From: a bacterium
Lineage (GTDB): Bacteria > UBP6 > JAFGXH01
Assembly (NCBI GenBank): GCA_016936735.1
Contig: JAFGXH010000267.1
Coordinates: 1 to 45,929, forward strand
DNA length: 45,929 nucleotides
Direction of reading: 5' to 3'
Part shown: positions 16,534 to 25,821 of the stretch, one piece after another
Layout of the letters: every line of letters begins with the position of its first letter
Numbering within the stretch: the stretch's first letter is position 1
Program-made: the position numbers and the translations under genes
The notes under the pieces: model-generated
Told to the model about the DNA's origin: nothing
Database searches by the model: none
What the model saw: the letters and a program-made list of their open reading frames with translations, nothing else

Positions 16534-17672
16534 AAAAACTATACTGGAAACCAGGAAAAATATCTTGGAAAATACATTTTATAATTGCAATTGTTGCAGT
16601 TGTTGGAATGTTATCTGTTGAACTTTTTAAAAATAAAATAAATACTCCATATCATAATAGAAAAGTTAAGGCTGCAAGAGTTATGAAAAACGGTATGGAT
16701 GTTTTAAAAGAGTATAGATTAAAAAATATTGGTCCAATTGATTTAGAGATGGATCCAGCAGCATCTGGAATTATTGGAATGTTATTATCTCCAATAACAA
16801 GTAATACAGGCTATCACTCCGCAAAATTAACAACAGTTAACCCAAATTGGGCTGCTGCTATGGTTGATATGTTGATAAAAGCAGGTGTTAGAGAGGGAGA
16901 TACTATTGCAGCAGCCTTTTCAGGCTCTTTTCCTCTCATGAATCTTGCTCTTTTATCTGCTGCTGAGGTTATGAAACTTAAGGTAGTTATTATAACAAGT
17001 AGTGCTGGTTCAACTTGGGGTGCAAATATTCCAGGTTTCTCTTGGTTAGATATGGAGCATATTTTGTATGAAAAAAGAGTTATCACAAACCACTCTATTG
17101 CGGCATCTATTGGTGGCTCTAAAGATAGAGGTCTTGGAATGAGTAAAGAGGGACGTGATATTCTTAAAAACACAATACAAAAATATGGAATCAGATTTAT
17201 TGATACAAAAGAGGAGATAGAGAATGTTGATTTAAGAATGGATATCTATAAGTCATATATGGATGATTCAAGATATGCAGCATTTGTAAATGTTGGTGGT
17301 GGAACAATCTCTGTTGGAAGTAGTGTTGGTAAAAAACTATTTAAACCAGGAGTTACTCTAAATCCAACACATAAAGCACTAAGTATTGATAGTGTCATGA
17401 GCCGTTTTGGTAAAGAGGGAGTTCCTATTATTCATATCACATCAATTGAGACTCTTGCTGCAAAATATAAATTTCCTGTTGCACCAACAAAAATACAGAG
17501 TGTTGGAGAGGGTGAGTTTTTTGTGAAATTTGAGTATGATAAAAAGATTATTATATTTACTCTTTTAGCCCTTATAACACTATTGATTATTTTTATTAAA
17601 ATGGATATTGGATATAGAATATTCAATACAAAAAAGGTATCAAAATCAAGTACTCCTGGACAAATGGTTTAA
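16530..17672 (+). CDS. pgsW: Poly-gamma-glutamate system protein PgsW
   Basis: SPITSNTG, KLTTVNPNWAA, SGSFP, STWGAN, NVGGG; N- and C-terminal TM; ATGA overlap with pgsC. Confidence 0.85.
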   Translation: MKKLYWKPGKISWKIHFIIAIVAVVGMLSVELFKNKINTPYHNRKVKAARVMKNGMDVLKEYRLKNIGPIDLEMDPAASGIIGMLLSPITSNTGYHSAKLTTVNPNWAAAMVDMLIKAGVREGDTIAAAFSGSFPLMNLALLSAAEVMKLKVVIITSSAGSTWGANIPGFSWLDMEHILYEKRVITNHSIAASIGGSKDRGLGMSKEGRDILKNTIQKYGIRFIDTKEEIENVDLRMDIYKSYMDDSRYAAFVNVGGGTISVGSSVGKKLFKPGVTLNPTHKALSIDSVMSRFGKEGVPIIHITSIETLAAKYKFPVAPTKIQSVGEGEFFVKFEYDKKIIIFTLLALITLLIIFIKMDIGYRIFNTKKVSKSSTPGQMV

Positions 17673-17675
17673 TTT

Positions 17676-17698
17676 TTCCCCCAAAGGGGGAAGTTTTT
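17676..17698 (+). terminator. Intrinsic terminator after pgsW
   Basis: TTCCCCC-AAA-GGGGGAA followed by GTTTTT. Confidence 0.7.
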
Positions 17699-17701
17699 AA
17701 A

Positions 17702-17758
17702 CTATTTTTTCATCCATTCCCAAAAACCAAGAAATGATGACCAAAAATTTGAACTCAT
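17702..17758 (-). CDS. Putative 18-aa peptide MSSNFWSSFLGFWEWMKK
   Basis: AAGGAGGAG immediately upstream of ATG; candidate promoter TTGACA-16 nt-TATATT with TG extension at 17861..17834. Confidence 0.45.
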   Translation of the reverse strand: MSSNFWSSFLGFWEWMKK

Positions 17759-18019
17759 TTCTCCTCCTTAAAAAAATTAATTGTGAACATTTTAGAAAAA
17801 TAATGTGATATTTTTATAAACACTCACATATTGAATATAACATATTTTTTATTTTTGTCAAGTTTTATAGAGTTTAGGTTTTGAAAAGAGAGTCTATTAT
17901 ATCTATTAAGTGGTATATTTTTATGATTTTTAAAAAATTAAATTGCTAAATAGTATATTTTCTTGTTTTTTTAGAAAATTAATTTAATAATATTTAGGTT
18001 TTTATTTTATGGAACATAA

Positions 18020-19672
18020 ATGTTAGAGAATAGTATAAAAATAGGTTTTTTAGGTGGTGTTGGTCAGTTTGGAATGAATTTAACTTTTTATGAAACCCCA
18101 AACTGTGGCTTTATTATTGATAGTGGTTCTCTTTTTGCAACAGAGGATTGGCCAGGAGTTGAGTATCTTTATCCAGATTTCTCATATTTGGTTGAAAATA
18201 AAGAAAAATTCTCTCTTCTAATAATAACACATGCTCATGAAGATCACATTGGTTCTATTGTTCATCTTATAAAAGTTCTTCAATTAAAAATTTTATCAAC
18301 AGAGTTTACTATCTCTCTCATAAAAGAGAAGATAAATGAGGAAGAGGATTATATTGAGCCTGAATTTATTGTAATTAAGTCAACAGATAGTTTTGAATAT
18401 AACTCTTTTATTTTTGAATTCATACCAGTTACACACTCAATAATAGACTCATTAGGAATTATTATTCATTCAGATGCAGGTGTAATTTTTCATATATCCG
18501 ATTTTAGGATAGATAATGAGAATAAAGAGATTCTTAAAGGAAAAATATTAGATATAAAAAATATTTATGGAGAGATATCTTTATTACTTCTTGATAGCAG
18601 TAACTCTGAAAGTAAAAAAGGGGCCTCTGAAAAAGATGTTTATTTAAGATTAAAGGATATTGTTCCAAATTCTCCTCAAAAGATATTTATAACAATGTTT
18701 GCATCAAATGTTGAAAGATTTAGAAATATACTAAAAATTGCTGAGGAGAATAATAGAAAAGTCATTCTTTTAGGAAGATCCCTTTATAGATATTTTTCTG
18801 TTGCTCAAAAAATTGGATATATTTCAGAAAATACACCTATTGTTCCTGTTGAAAACTATTTTGCTCATAGAGATGAGAAATATATTTTTATAACAACAGG
18901 AAGTCAGGGTGAACCATTTAGTGCATTATCAAATCTTGCATTCTCAAATTTTCAAAAAATAGAGCTTGAAATGGGAGATTTGGTTATTTTTTCAAGTAGA
19001 CCAATTCCTGGAAATGAGAAATCTGTTTATAAAATAATTAATCAAATAGCAAAAAAGGGGGGGGAGTTGCTATATTGGAGACACTTTAGTGATCTTCATG
19101 CATCTGGTCATGCTTCAGCCGATGAACTTTCTGAGTTTATATCAATAATATCTCCTAAATGTTTTATTCCAATTCATGGAGAGTATAGGCATCTTATTGA
19201 AAATAGAGCTTTAGCAATAAAATCAGGAGTTAATTTAGATAATTGTGTAATTCCAGAGGTTGGTTCTCAATTTATACTTAATAGTAATAGATTAGAGTCT
19301 GGAGATATTATTCCAACCAACATAAAAATAATGGATAAAACAGGTATTGATGATGTAGACCCATTAATAATAAAAGAGAGAGACTCTATGGAGTTTGGTT
19401 GTATTGTTATATCTGTTATACTATTAGAAAATGATGGTAGAGTATTAAAAGATCCTTTAATAATAAGTCGTGGATTTGTTTTTGAAGAGCATTTTGAGGA
19501 GCTTATTTTAGCTCTTTCTCAGCTTGTTAGAAGAGAGGTAGAATCTATTAAATTTCCAGAATCTCTTGATTATGCCTACACTAGTATGGTAATAAAAAAG
19601 GGGGTTAAAAGATTTTTAAAAAAAAGATTTCTGGCAATCCCATTTATTTTTCCAATTGTTCAGTATCTGTAG
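18020..19672 (+). CDS. rnj: Ribonuclease J
   Basis: GGVGQFGMN, THAHEDHIG, VTHSIID, FASNVER, TTGSQGEP, HASGHA, PIHGEYRH. Confidence 0.93.
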   Translation: MLENSIKIGFLGGVGQFGMNLTFYETPNCGFIIDSGSLFATEDWPGVEYLYPDFSYLVENKEKFSLLIITHAHEDHIGSIVHLIKVLQLKILSTEFTISLIKEKINEEEDYIEPEFIVIKSTDSFEYNSFIFEFIPVTHSIIDSLGIIIHSDAGVIFHISDFRIDNENKEILKGKILDIKNIYGEISLLLLDSSNSESKKGASEKDVYLRLKDIVPNSPQKIFITMFASNVERFRNILKIAEENNRKVILLGRSLYRYFSVAQKIGYISENTPIVPVENYFAHRDEKYIFITTGSQGEPFSALSNLAFSNFQKIELEMGDLVIFSSRPIPGNEKSVYKIINQIAKKGGELLYWRHFSDLHASGHASADELSEFISIISPKCFIPIHGEYRHLIENRALAIKSGVNLDNCVIPEVGSQFILNSNRLESGDIIPTNIKIMDKTGIDDVDPLIIKERDSMEFGCIVISVILLENDGRVLKDPLIISRGFVFEEHFEELILALSQLVRREVESIKFPESLDYAYTSMVIKKGVKRFLKKRFLAIPFIFPIVQYL

Positions 19673-19681
19673 GGGGCTAAC

Positions 19682-20266
19682 TTGTTAAATATAATAAAAA
19701 CATCTCTTTTTTTCACATTTTTTTTTAGTATATTAATTTTATCAAGTTGTGATAAAATTAAAGATAGTTCTCAAAAAACTATAAATCAGGCTCCACCAGC
19801 AGGAAAAACTCAAAAAGATACTAAAATAGTATCAATTAATAGGCCCAAAAATATTGATGGAACAAAATATAGTTTTAAAAATTTAACATTCTATCTTGAT
19901 AACTCATTTATAAAAAAAGATGAAAAAAACTATTTTGGTGAACAGGGAATAAATATATCTATTGATATAGACTCAACATCTCTATCAGCTAAAGATTATT
20001 CTGAATTTGTTTTTAATACAATTCAAAAAGAGTATCCAAGATATGTTCTTTTTGAAGAGGAGAGTTTCATTTTAAATGGAGTTAACTCTTTTAAAGTGAC
20101 TCATATTTTTGATAAAATAAAATATTTAATTCAACAGGAGACTATTATTATCCCAAATAATAGTGATATCTATATTTTTACAATAACAGGTAAAAAACAG
20201 GATATAGAGCAAAATAAAGATAAAATTAATCTAATTTTCTCAACAATTGAGATTCAAAACATCTAA
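19682..20266 (+). CDS. Lipoprotein, PsbP/DcrB-like fold suspected
   Basis: LSSC lipobox; TTG start with GGGGG RBS; alpha/beta pattern ending IYIFTIT...IFSTIEI. Confidence 0.6.
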   Translation: MLNIIKTSLFFTFFFSILILSSCDKIKDSSQKTINQAPPAGKTQKDTKIVSINRPKNIDGTKYSFKNLTFYLDNSFIKKDEKNYFGEQGINISIDIDSTSLSAKDYSEFVFNTIQKEYPRYVLFEEESFILNGVNSFKVTHIFDKIKYLIQQETIIIPNNSDIYIFTITGKKQDIEQNKDKINLIFSTIEIQNI

Positions 20267-20346
20267 ATATAATTATTTTCTTGAATATTTTTCAGAATTT
20301 TAGTAACAAATAGTCTGAGTTTTTTTCTTGTTTTTATGGAGTTTCT

Positions 20347-21009
20347 ATGGATTTAGATCAAATATATGGCTATTTAGCAACAAAATATGGTGCTCTTCCA
20401 GATAATGAAGAGGATTTATCTATTTGGTGTGAAAATATTTTCAATAATGGTAATGAAGAGGATCAAAAAGCAATTGTGACACTCTATTTATATAATTCAA
20501 TACCAATAAAAAATGAGAATGATTTTTTTAAATGGAAAATAAGAGCTGCAAAATTAAATTTTATTAATAATTTAAAGGAGCTAAGAATAGAGTTTTATCA
20601 AGGCTTTGGTAATGAAGATGATAGAGTTTTCTTTGTTGAATGGATGACTGAATTAGCAACAGTTGGAGATATTGAGGCTCAAATATTTTTAGGACATATC
20701 TATAGTGCTGGTATAGGTGTTTTAAAAGATGAAGATTCAGCCTTTGTTTGGTATGAAAAAGCTGCAAATCAGAATCATGGAGGGGCTCAACTAAAAGTTG
20801 GAGATACATTTTTTTCTAAAAATATGTATGAGGAGGCTTTTATTTGGTATGAAAAAGCTGCATCTAATGGTATAAAAACCTCCTATTTACGTTTGAGTAA
20901 AATGTATAAAATGGGAATGGGAACACCTCAAAATGATGAAAAGTCAAAAGAGTGGTATCAAAAAGCATTAAAATCAATTGTTCCAACAGCAAAAAAATCT
21001 ACTAAATAG
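20347..21009 (+). CDS. Sel1-repeat (SLR) protein
   Basis: AQIFLGHIYSAGIGVLKDEDSAFVWYEKAANQ and LSKMYKMGMGTPQNDEKSKEWYQKA repeats. Confidence 0.9.
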   Translation: MDLDQIYGYLATKYGALPDNEEDLSIWCENIFNNGNEEDQKAIVTLYLYNSIPIKNENDFFKWKIRAAKLNFINNLKELRIEFYQGFGNEDDRVFFVEWMTELATVGDIEAQIFLGHIYSAGIGVLKDEDSAFVWYEKAANQNHGGAQLKVGDTFFSKNMYEEAFIWYEKAASNGIKTSYLRLSKMYKMGMGTPQNDEKSKEWYQKALKSIVPTAKKSTK

Positions 21010-21302
21010 ACAACAAATAGACATGAATTTAAGAGTTTAGATTTTAAGAAAAATCTACACTTAAAATAGTAGTTTTAAATGTTTAAGTTATATAATCAAT
21101 TAAAACAGTATAGAATAAACTATATTTTTAAAATTTTGACCTTTAATCCCCTTTTTGATAGAATAAATACAACAAAAACTATGACTTTTTGTTAAAAATA
21201 TAACAAATCATATAAAATTATTATCTTTTTATTTAGTTTTATATCTATTTTATTCAAAATATATCAAATTAGTGATATTTCTGTTTTAAAGGAGAGAATT
21301 TT

Positions 21303-22715
21303 ATGCTTTATCTTATAACATTTTTTGTTTTATTTTCTAATTCACAAACAACAATTGATAAATTTTTTCTTGATGAAGCATTTAAAGATACAGAGATAAG
21401 CTTTTCAGTAATAGATAAAAAGGGAGATAAATTAGTTGGAATAAATCCAGAAAAATCTTTAAATCAGGCAAGTGTTTCCAAATTAATAATAACATTAGCA
21501 GCTTTAAAAGAGTTAACTTTAGGTTTTAGATTTAAAACAGATTTCTATACATCTGTTGAGTTACCTAAAAATGGGATTTTAGATGGTGATTTAATTATAA
21601 AATCCTATGGAGACCCTAATTTAGAGACAGAGGATTTATATAAAATTGTTGATGATTTAAAATTAAGAGGATTAAAAGAGATAAAGGGTAAAATTATATT
21701 TGATTTTAGCTTTTTTGATAAAAATCAAAATATATATACACTAAAATATGAGGATGACTCAAGATCCTATGCTGCTTTAAACTCTGTTGCTCCACTAAAC
21801 TATAATGCTTTTAAATTCTCAATTACTCCAGCTGAAAAAGAGGATGAGTTAGCAAATATAACACTTCTCCATCCAATTAGTAGATTAATTGATATTAAAA
21901 ATGAGCTTAAAACAACAAATAAAAGATCATCTTTTAAAATTGAGACAGATCCTCTTAAAAATGGAAAGACAGAGCTTAAAATAGTTGGAAGAGTTAATAT
22001 AAATTCAAAACCTATGGTTTTTTATAGAAAAATACACAATCCAGATGCAGTTTTTACCTCAACATTAAGATATATTCTTATTACCTCAGGAATAAAAGTT
22101 AAGAAAAAAAATCAAATAGTTTATGATAACACTTTAAATTATGATAATTTTACTGAATTTTATACTTTTTATACAAGAAATATTCTTGATACACTAATAT
22201 TAATGAATCGCTATAGCAATAATTTTATTGCAGAACAGCTCCTAAAAATTATTGGAAAAACAGATGAAAAATCTGCAAGTTGGGAGGAGGGGATAAAAAA
22301 AGTAAAAAATATTTTAAATAATGATGTAAAATTAAAAGAGAATTCATACAATTATGTAAATGCCTCTGGACTAAATGATGCAAATTTTTTTAGTTCTGAA
22401 CAGATGACAAAAATTCTACAGTATATATATAATAATTTTGACTATAAATGGTATGTTTTATCAACTCTTCCTAAAATGGGAATATCAGGAACAATGAGGA
22501 GATATTGCTTAAGTAATGATTGTAAAGGGAATATCATTGCAAAAACAGGCTCTTTACGCTCAACAGTCTCTCTTGCAGGTTTTTTAAAAGGGGAAAAAGA
22601 TATATATATATTCTCCTTATCAGTAGCTTTTGAACCATCCAAAAAACGATTTAAGGAGATTTTACAAAAAACAAAAGAGATATTTAATGATGTTATTGAT
22701 AATGGTGAGTTATAA
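21303..22715 (+). CDS. dacB: D-alanyl-D-alanine carboxypeptidase/endopeptidase PBP4 (peptidase S13)
   Basis: ASVSK (SxxK), GDP, SNNFIAE (SxN), NASGL, AKTGSL. Confidence 0.92.
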   Translation: MLYLITFFVLFSNSQTTIDKFFLDEAFKDTEISFSVIDKKGDKLVGINPEKSLNQASVSKLIITLAALKELTLGFRFKTDFYTSVELPKNGILDGDLIIKSYGDPNLETEDLYKIVDDLKLRGLKEIKGKIIFDFSFFDKNQNIYTLKYEDDSRSYAALNSVAPLNYNAFKFSITPAEKEDELANITLLHPISRLIDIKNELKTTNKRSSFKIETDPLKNGKTELKIVGRVNINSKPMVFYRKIHNPDAVFTSTLRYILITSGIKVKKKNQIVYDNTLNYDNFTEFYTFYTRNILDTLILMNRYSNNFIAEQLLKIIGKTDEKSASWEEGIKKVKNILNNDVKLKENSYNYVNASGLNDANFFSSEQMTKILQYIYNNFDYKWYVLSTLPKMGISGTMRRYCLSNDCKGNIIAKTGSLRSTVSLAGFLKGEKDIYIFSLSVAFEPSKKRFKEILQKTKEIFNDVIDNGEL

Positions 22716-22864
22716 AATATATGAAATTCTAAATATAAATTGAAATAATTTATTTGATTAATAGTTTGATTAATGTTTTTCATAAAAATAAAATTGCTAT
22801 TTTTATGAAAATTTGATAAAAAAAGGGGTGGATTTTTTTCCTATTATTTTTTTTAAGGAGTTAA

Positions 22865-23446
22865 ATGAAAGTTTCATTAGACAAAGTCGTTTCAATTGAT
22901 TATACCCTTACAAATCTTGAGGGAACAGTTATTGACTCATCTGAGGGTCATGGTCCTTTATCATATCTTCATGGTCATGGAAATATTATTCCAGGACTTG
23001 AAAGAGAGCTTGAAGAGAAAGTTGTTGGAGATCAACTTAAAGTTACTGTTGAGCCAAAAGATGGTTATGGTGAAAAAAGTGATGAACTTGTTTTCTCTAT
23101 TCCTAAAGAGAATTTTGATGTAGAGGATGGAGGAATTGAGATTGGTATGCAATTTCATGCACACACTCATCATGGAGTTCAAGTATTAACTGTTGTTGGT
23201 GTTGAGGGTGAAGAGGTTGTTGTTGATGCAAATCATCCTTTAGCAGGTGTTACACTTGTTTTTGATGTAAAAGTTGTTGAGCTTCGTGATGCAACAGAAG
23301 AGGAGTTGGCTCATGGTCATGTTCATGGTGAAGAGTATGAAGATGATGAAGAGTATGAACATCATGGCTGTGGTTGTGGTTGCGAAGGTGATGACTGTGA
23401 TTGTGATTGTGATGATGAAAATTGTGACTGTGGTTGTGATTGCTAA
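22865..23446 (+). CDS. slyD: FKBP-type peptidyl-prolyl isomerase SlyD with His/Cys/acidic tail
   Basis: IIPGLE, DGYGE, DANHPLAGVTLVFDVKV, RDATEEELAHGHVH. Confidence 0.95.
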   Translation: MKVSLDKVVSIDYTLTNLEGTVIDSSEGHGPLSYLHGHGNIIPGLERELEEKVVGDQLKVTVEPKDGYGEKSDELVFSIPKENFDVEDGGIEIGMQFHAHTHHGVQVLTVVGVEGEEVVVDANHPLAGVTLVFDVKVVELRDATEEELAHGHVHGEEYEDDEEYEHHGCGCGCEGDDCDCDCDDENCDCGCDC

Positions 23447-23474
23447 TTTTAATATAAAATATTAAATTCCAGAT

Positions 23475-23503
23475 AAAAGGCAAGAGATAACTCTTGCCTT
23501 TTT
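23475..23503. terminator. Intrinsic terminator after slyD
   Basis: AAAAGGCAAGAG-ATAA-CTCTTGCCTTTTT. Confidence 0.85.
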
Positions 23504-23519
23504 AAATTATAGGGTTACA

Positions 23520-24530
23520 ATGAAAAAAATCTTTGCTTTATGGGAGTGGTATAGACTCAAAACAAAAGGAAAAAAGTTTCACAATGGTAAAAGAAAATAT
23601 ATTAAAAGATATAAAAAAAGATTATCTGAAGAGGCTATTATTGAACTTAACAACTCTTTTGATGAGTTAAAAAAGGGCTTAAAGTTAAAAATGGCTCAAA
23701 AAGAGGAGTTTGAAGTAATTTTTCAAAATACAAAAGATGTTTTGAAAAAACATCTTCCAGATACAGTTAGTAGGCCAATTAGAGAGTTTATTGAGATTCT
23801 TATATCTGCTTTTATAATTGTGTTTATTTTAAGGGCTTTGATTGTAGATACATACCATATTCCAACAGGAAGTATGATTCCAACAATAATGCCAGGAGAT
23901 AGAATATTTGCATCTAAATTTATTTATGGCTTTTCAATTCCATTTACAAATATAAAATTTGCCTATTGGAATAAACCAAGTAAAGGTGATATTATTATAT
24001 TTGAACCACCATCAAATGTAAAAGAGGAGTTTCCAGGAGCTCCTGGAACATTGGATAATTTTGTAAAAAGAGTTTTTGCTTTTGGTGGAGACTCTATTGA
24101 AATAAAAGATCAGCAAATATATGTAAATGGAGAGGCTGTAAAAAGAGAGCTTGTAAAGGAGCATTTTATATTTAAAGATCAGCATAATTCAGAGTGGTTC
24201 AATTATCATGCAAAACTTTATAAAGAGCAATTTGGGGATAATACATACTATACTGTAAATAAAATTCCAAATGTTTATGATAGAGCAAATTTTGGAGTTG
24301 ATAAAGCAGGAAAAATATCATTTGATAAAGAGACTATTGTAGGACCATATATTGTTCCTAAAGATCATTTTTTTGTTATTGGGGATAATAGAGATGGTAG
24401 TAATGATAGTCGTTATTGGGGACCTGTTCCAATGGATAACATAAAAGGTGCTCCAATGATAACTTGGTTGTCAATTATTGATGATGAGATTGCATTTAAA
24501 AGAATTCTTAATATCTTCTATAATAAATAG
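23520..24530 (+). CDS. lepB: Signal peptidase I with basic N-terminal extension
   Basis: IPTGSMIPT, GDRIF, FVKR, GDNRDGSNDSRYWG. Confidence 0.93.
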   Translation: MKKIFALWEWYRLKTKGKKFHNGKRKYIKRYKKRLSEEAIIELNNSFDELKKGLKLKMAQKEEFEVIFQNTKDVLKKHLPDTVSRPIREFIEILISAFIIVFILRALIVDTYHIPTGSMIPTIMPGDRIFASKFIYGFSIPFTNIKFAYWNKPSKGDIIIFEPPSNVKEEFPGAPGTLDNFVKRVFAFGGDSIEIKDQQIYVNGEAVKRELVKEHFIFKDQHNSEWFNYHAKLYKEQFGDNTYYTVNKIPNVYDRANFGVDKAGKISFDKETIVGPYIVPKDHFFVIGDNRDGSNDSRYWGPVPMDNIKGAPMITWLSIIDDEIAFKRILNIFYNK

Positions 24531-24546
24531 TAGTTTTTTTTAATAT

Positions 24547-25245
24547 TTAAAGAGATTTTTTTATTTGGAAAAATATCAATATTGATAAACTTAGAGTTAT
24601 AAATAGAATAAATCTTCCCCAAACACCCCAAAGTGTTTTATTTATAAATCTGATGTAATATTTTGTTATATAATTATTACTCTCCCAAGTTATTGAGAGT
24701 GGATCCTCTTTTGATATTGATAGATTATATTTAGGATAGTTTTTAAAAATCCACTGTTTATATAATTTTTTACTATTTGGATAGCTATAACTAATCTCTC
24801 TTGCTTCACCTAAATTTTTATAGTTTTTTGAATAATCTGTCATAACTATTTTCGTTTCAGATGAATCAAAATTCTCATAATTTAAAATTCCCATTGGATA
24901 TATATCAATAATGGAGTCATTAAATTTGCTAAATGGCTTATTTTTAAATCTATTATTTTCTCTTATTTTTAAAGAGATGCTTGCAGTATCAACTCTCTCT
25001 TTTTTATCAATTATTATATTTTTATTTAATTTTTGTTGAATCTCACCGTTTAAAAAAAATAGTGTTTCATTATTACTCTCTTTAAAAGAGATTTTACCAA
25101 TTGGTAAAATAGTAGACTCTCCCTCAAAAACTATAATTTTTTGTTGAGTACTATTTTTTGCAAAAAATATAGCCAAAATAATAATAGATAAGGGAATTAT
25201 GAAAATAGAGTATATTTTAAGAGTTTTATTGTTATGAGTATTCAT
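24547..25245 (-). CDS. Hypothetical membrane protein (N- and C-terminal TM)
   Basis: Start reassigned to ATG 25245 (MNTHNNK), right after the cytochrome stop; hydrophobic segments at both ends. Confidence 0.6.
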   Translation of the reverse strand: MNTHNNKTLKIYSIFIIPLSIIILAIFFAKNSTQQKIIVFEGESTILPIGKISFKESNNETLFFLNGEIQQKLNKNIIIDKKERVDTASISLKIRENNRFKNKPFSKFNDSIIDIYPMGILNYENFDSSETKIVMTDYSKNYKNLGEAREISYSYPNSKKLYKQWIFKNYPKYNLSISKEDPLSITWESNNYITKYYIRFINKTLWGVWGRFILFITLSLSILIFFQIKKSL

Positions 25246-25246
25246 T

Positions 25247-25666
25247 CTATTTTGTACAAACAGACTCTTTTTTAGGGTCTTTTTCTGAACCATGAAGTGA
25301 GTATTTATTATGACATTTCGAACAACTATTTTTTGTAATAGATTTAAGGCCAAGCTTTTTAGCTAACTCTTTATCCTTCATAACATAACTTTTCGCATAA
25401 TATTTTCCATCTCCATGACAGGATTCACAACTAACCCCAACATCAGAACTATCTGGCTTATGACAAGAGTAACATTTTGCCTCTTTTTTTTGTACATCAG
25501 TTAAAGAGTTTTCTGCATTAAAATGAGCTGTTTTTTTCCAATATTCATACTGTTTTTGATGACATTGAGCACAATTCTCAGAACCAAAATGGGTCGTATC
25601 TGAATAAATAGAGAGAGGTATTAGTGTTAATATTATAAAAACTACTAATTTCAAAAAATCCTCCAT
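25247..25666 (-). CDS. Small tetraheme cytochrome c (c554-like family)
   Basis: Signal peptide; four CxxCH motifs (CAQCH, CYSCH, CESCH, CSKCH); WKKTAH motif. Confidence 0.85.
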   Translation of the reverse strand: MEDFLKLVVFIILTLIPLSIYSDTTHFGSENCAQCHQKQYEYWKKTAHFNAENSLTDVQKKEAKCYSCHKPDSSDVGVSCESCHGDGKYYAKSYVMKDKELAKKLGLKSITKNSCSKCHNKYSLHGSEKDPKKESVCTK

Positions 25667-25761
25667 AAACTAATGCAAGCAGAGATTAACACATTAAATT
25701 AAAAAAATCAACCTCTTTCAAAATTATAGATCGAGAACACTATTTTATAATTTTTATTAGC

Positions 25762-25790
25762 TTGACAATTTTTAACATCTAAAATAGTAT
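25762..25790 (+). promoter_or_regulatory. Sigma70-type promoter for murA
   Basis: TTGACA-17 nt-TAGTAT. Confidence 0.55.
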
Positions 25791-25821
25791 ATCACAGTTA
25801 ACTATGTTAGGAGTTGTTTGC

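Noticed and set aside
19057-19064. G8 tract in rnj as a phase-variation switch
   Set aside because: In frame, encodes KGGE in a housekeeping gene, and there is no evidence of variation
25246-25353. N-terminal extension of ORF 24547..25353 overlapping the cytochrome gene
   Set aside because: ATG 25245 right after the cytochrome stop gives a cleaner TM-first protein
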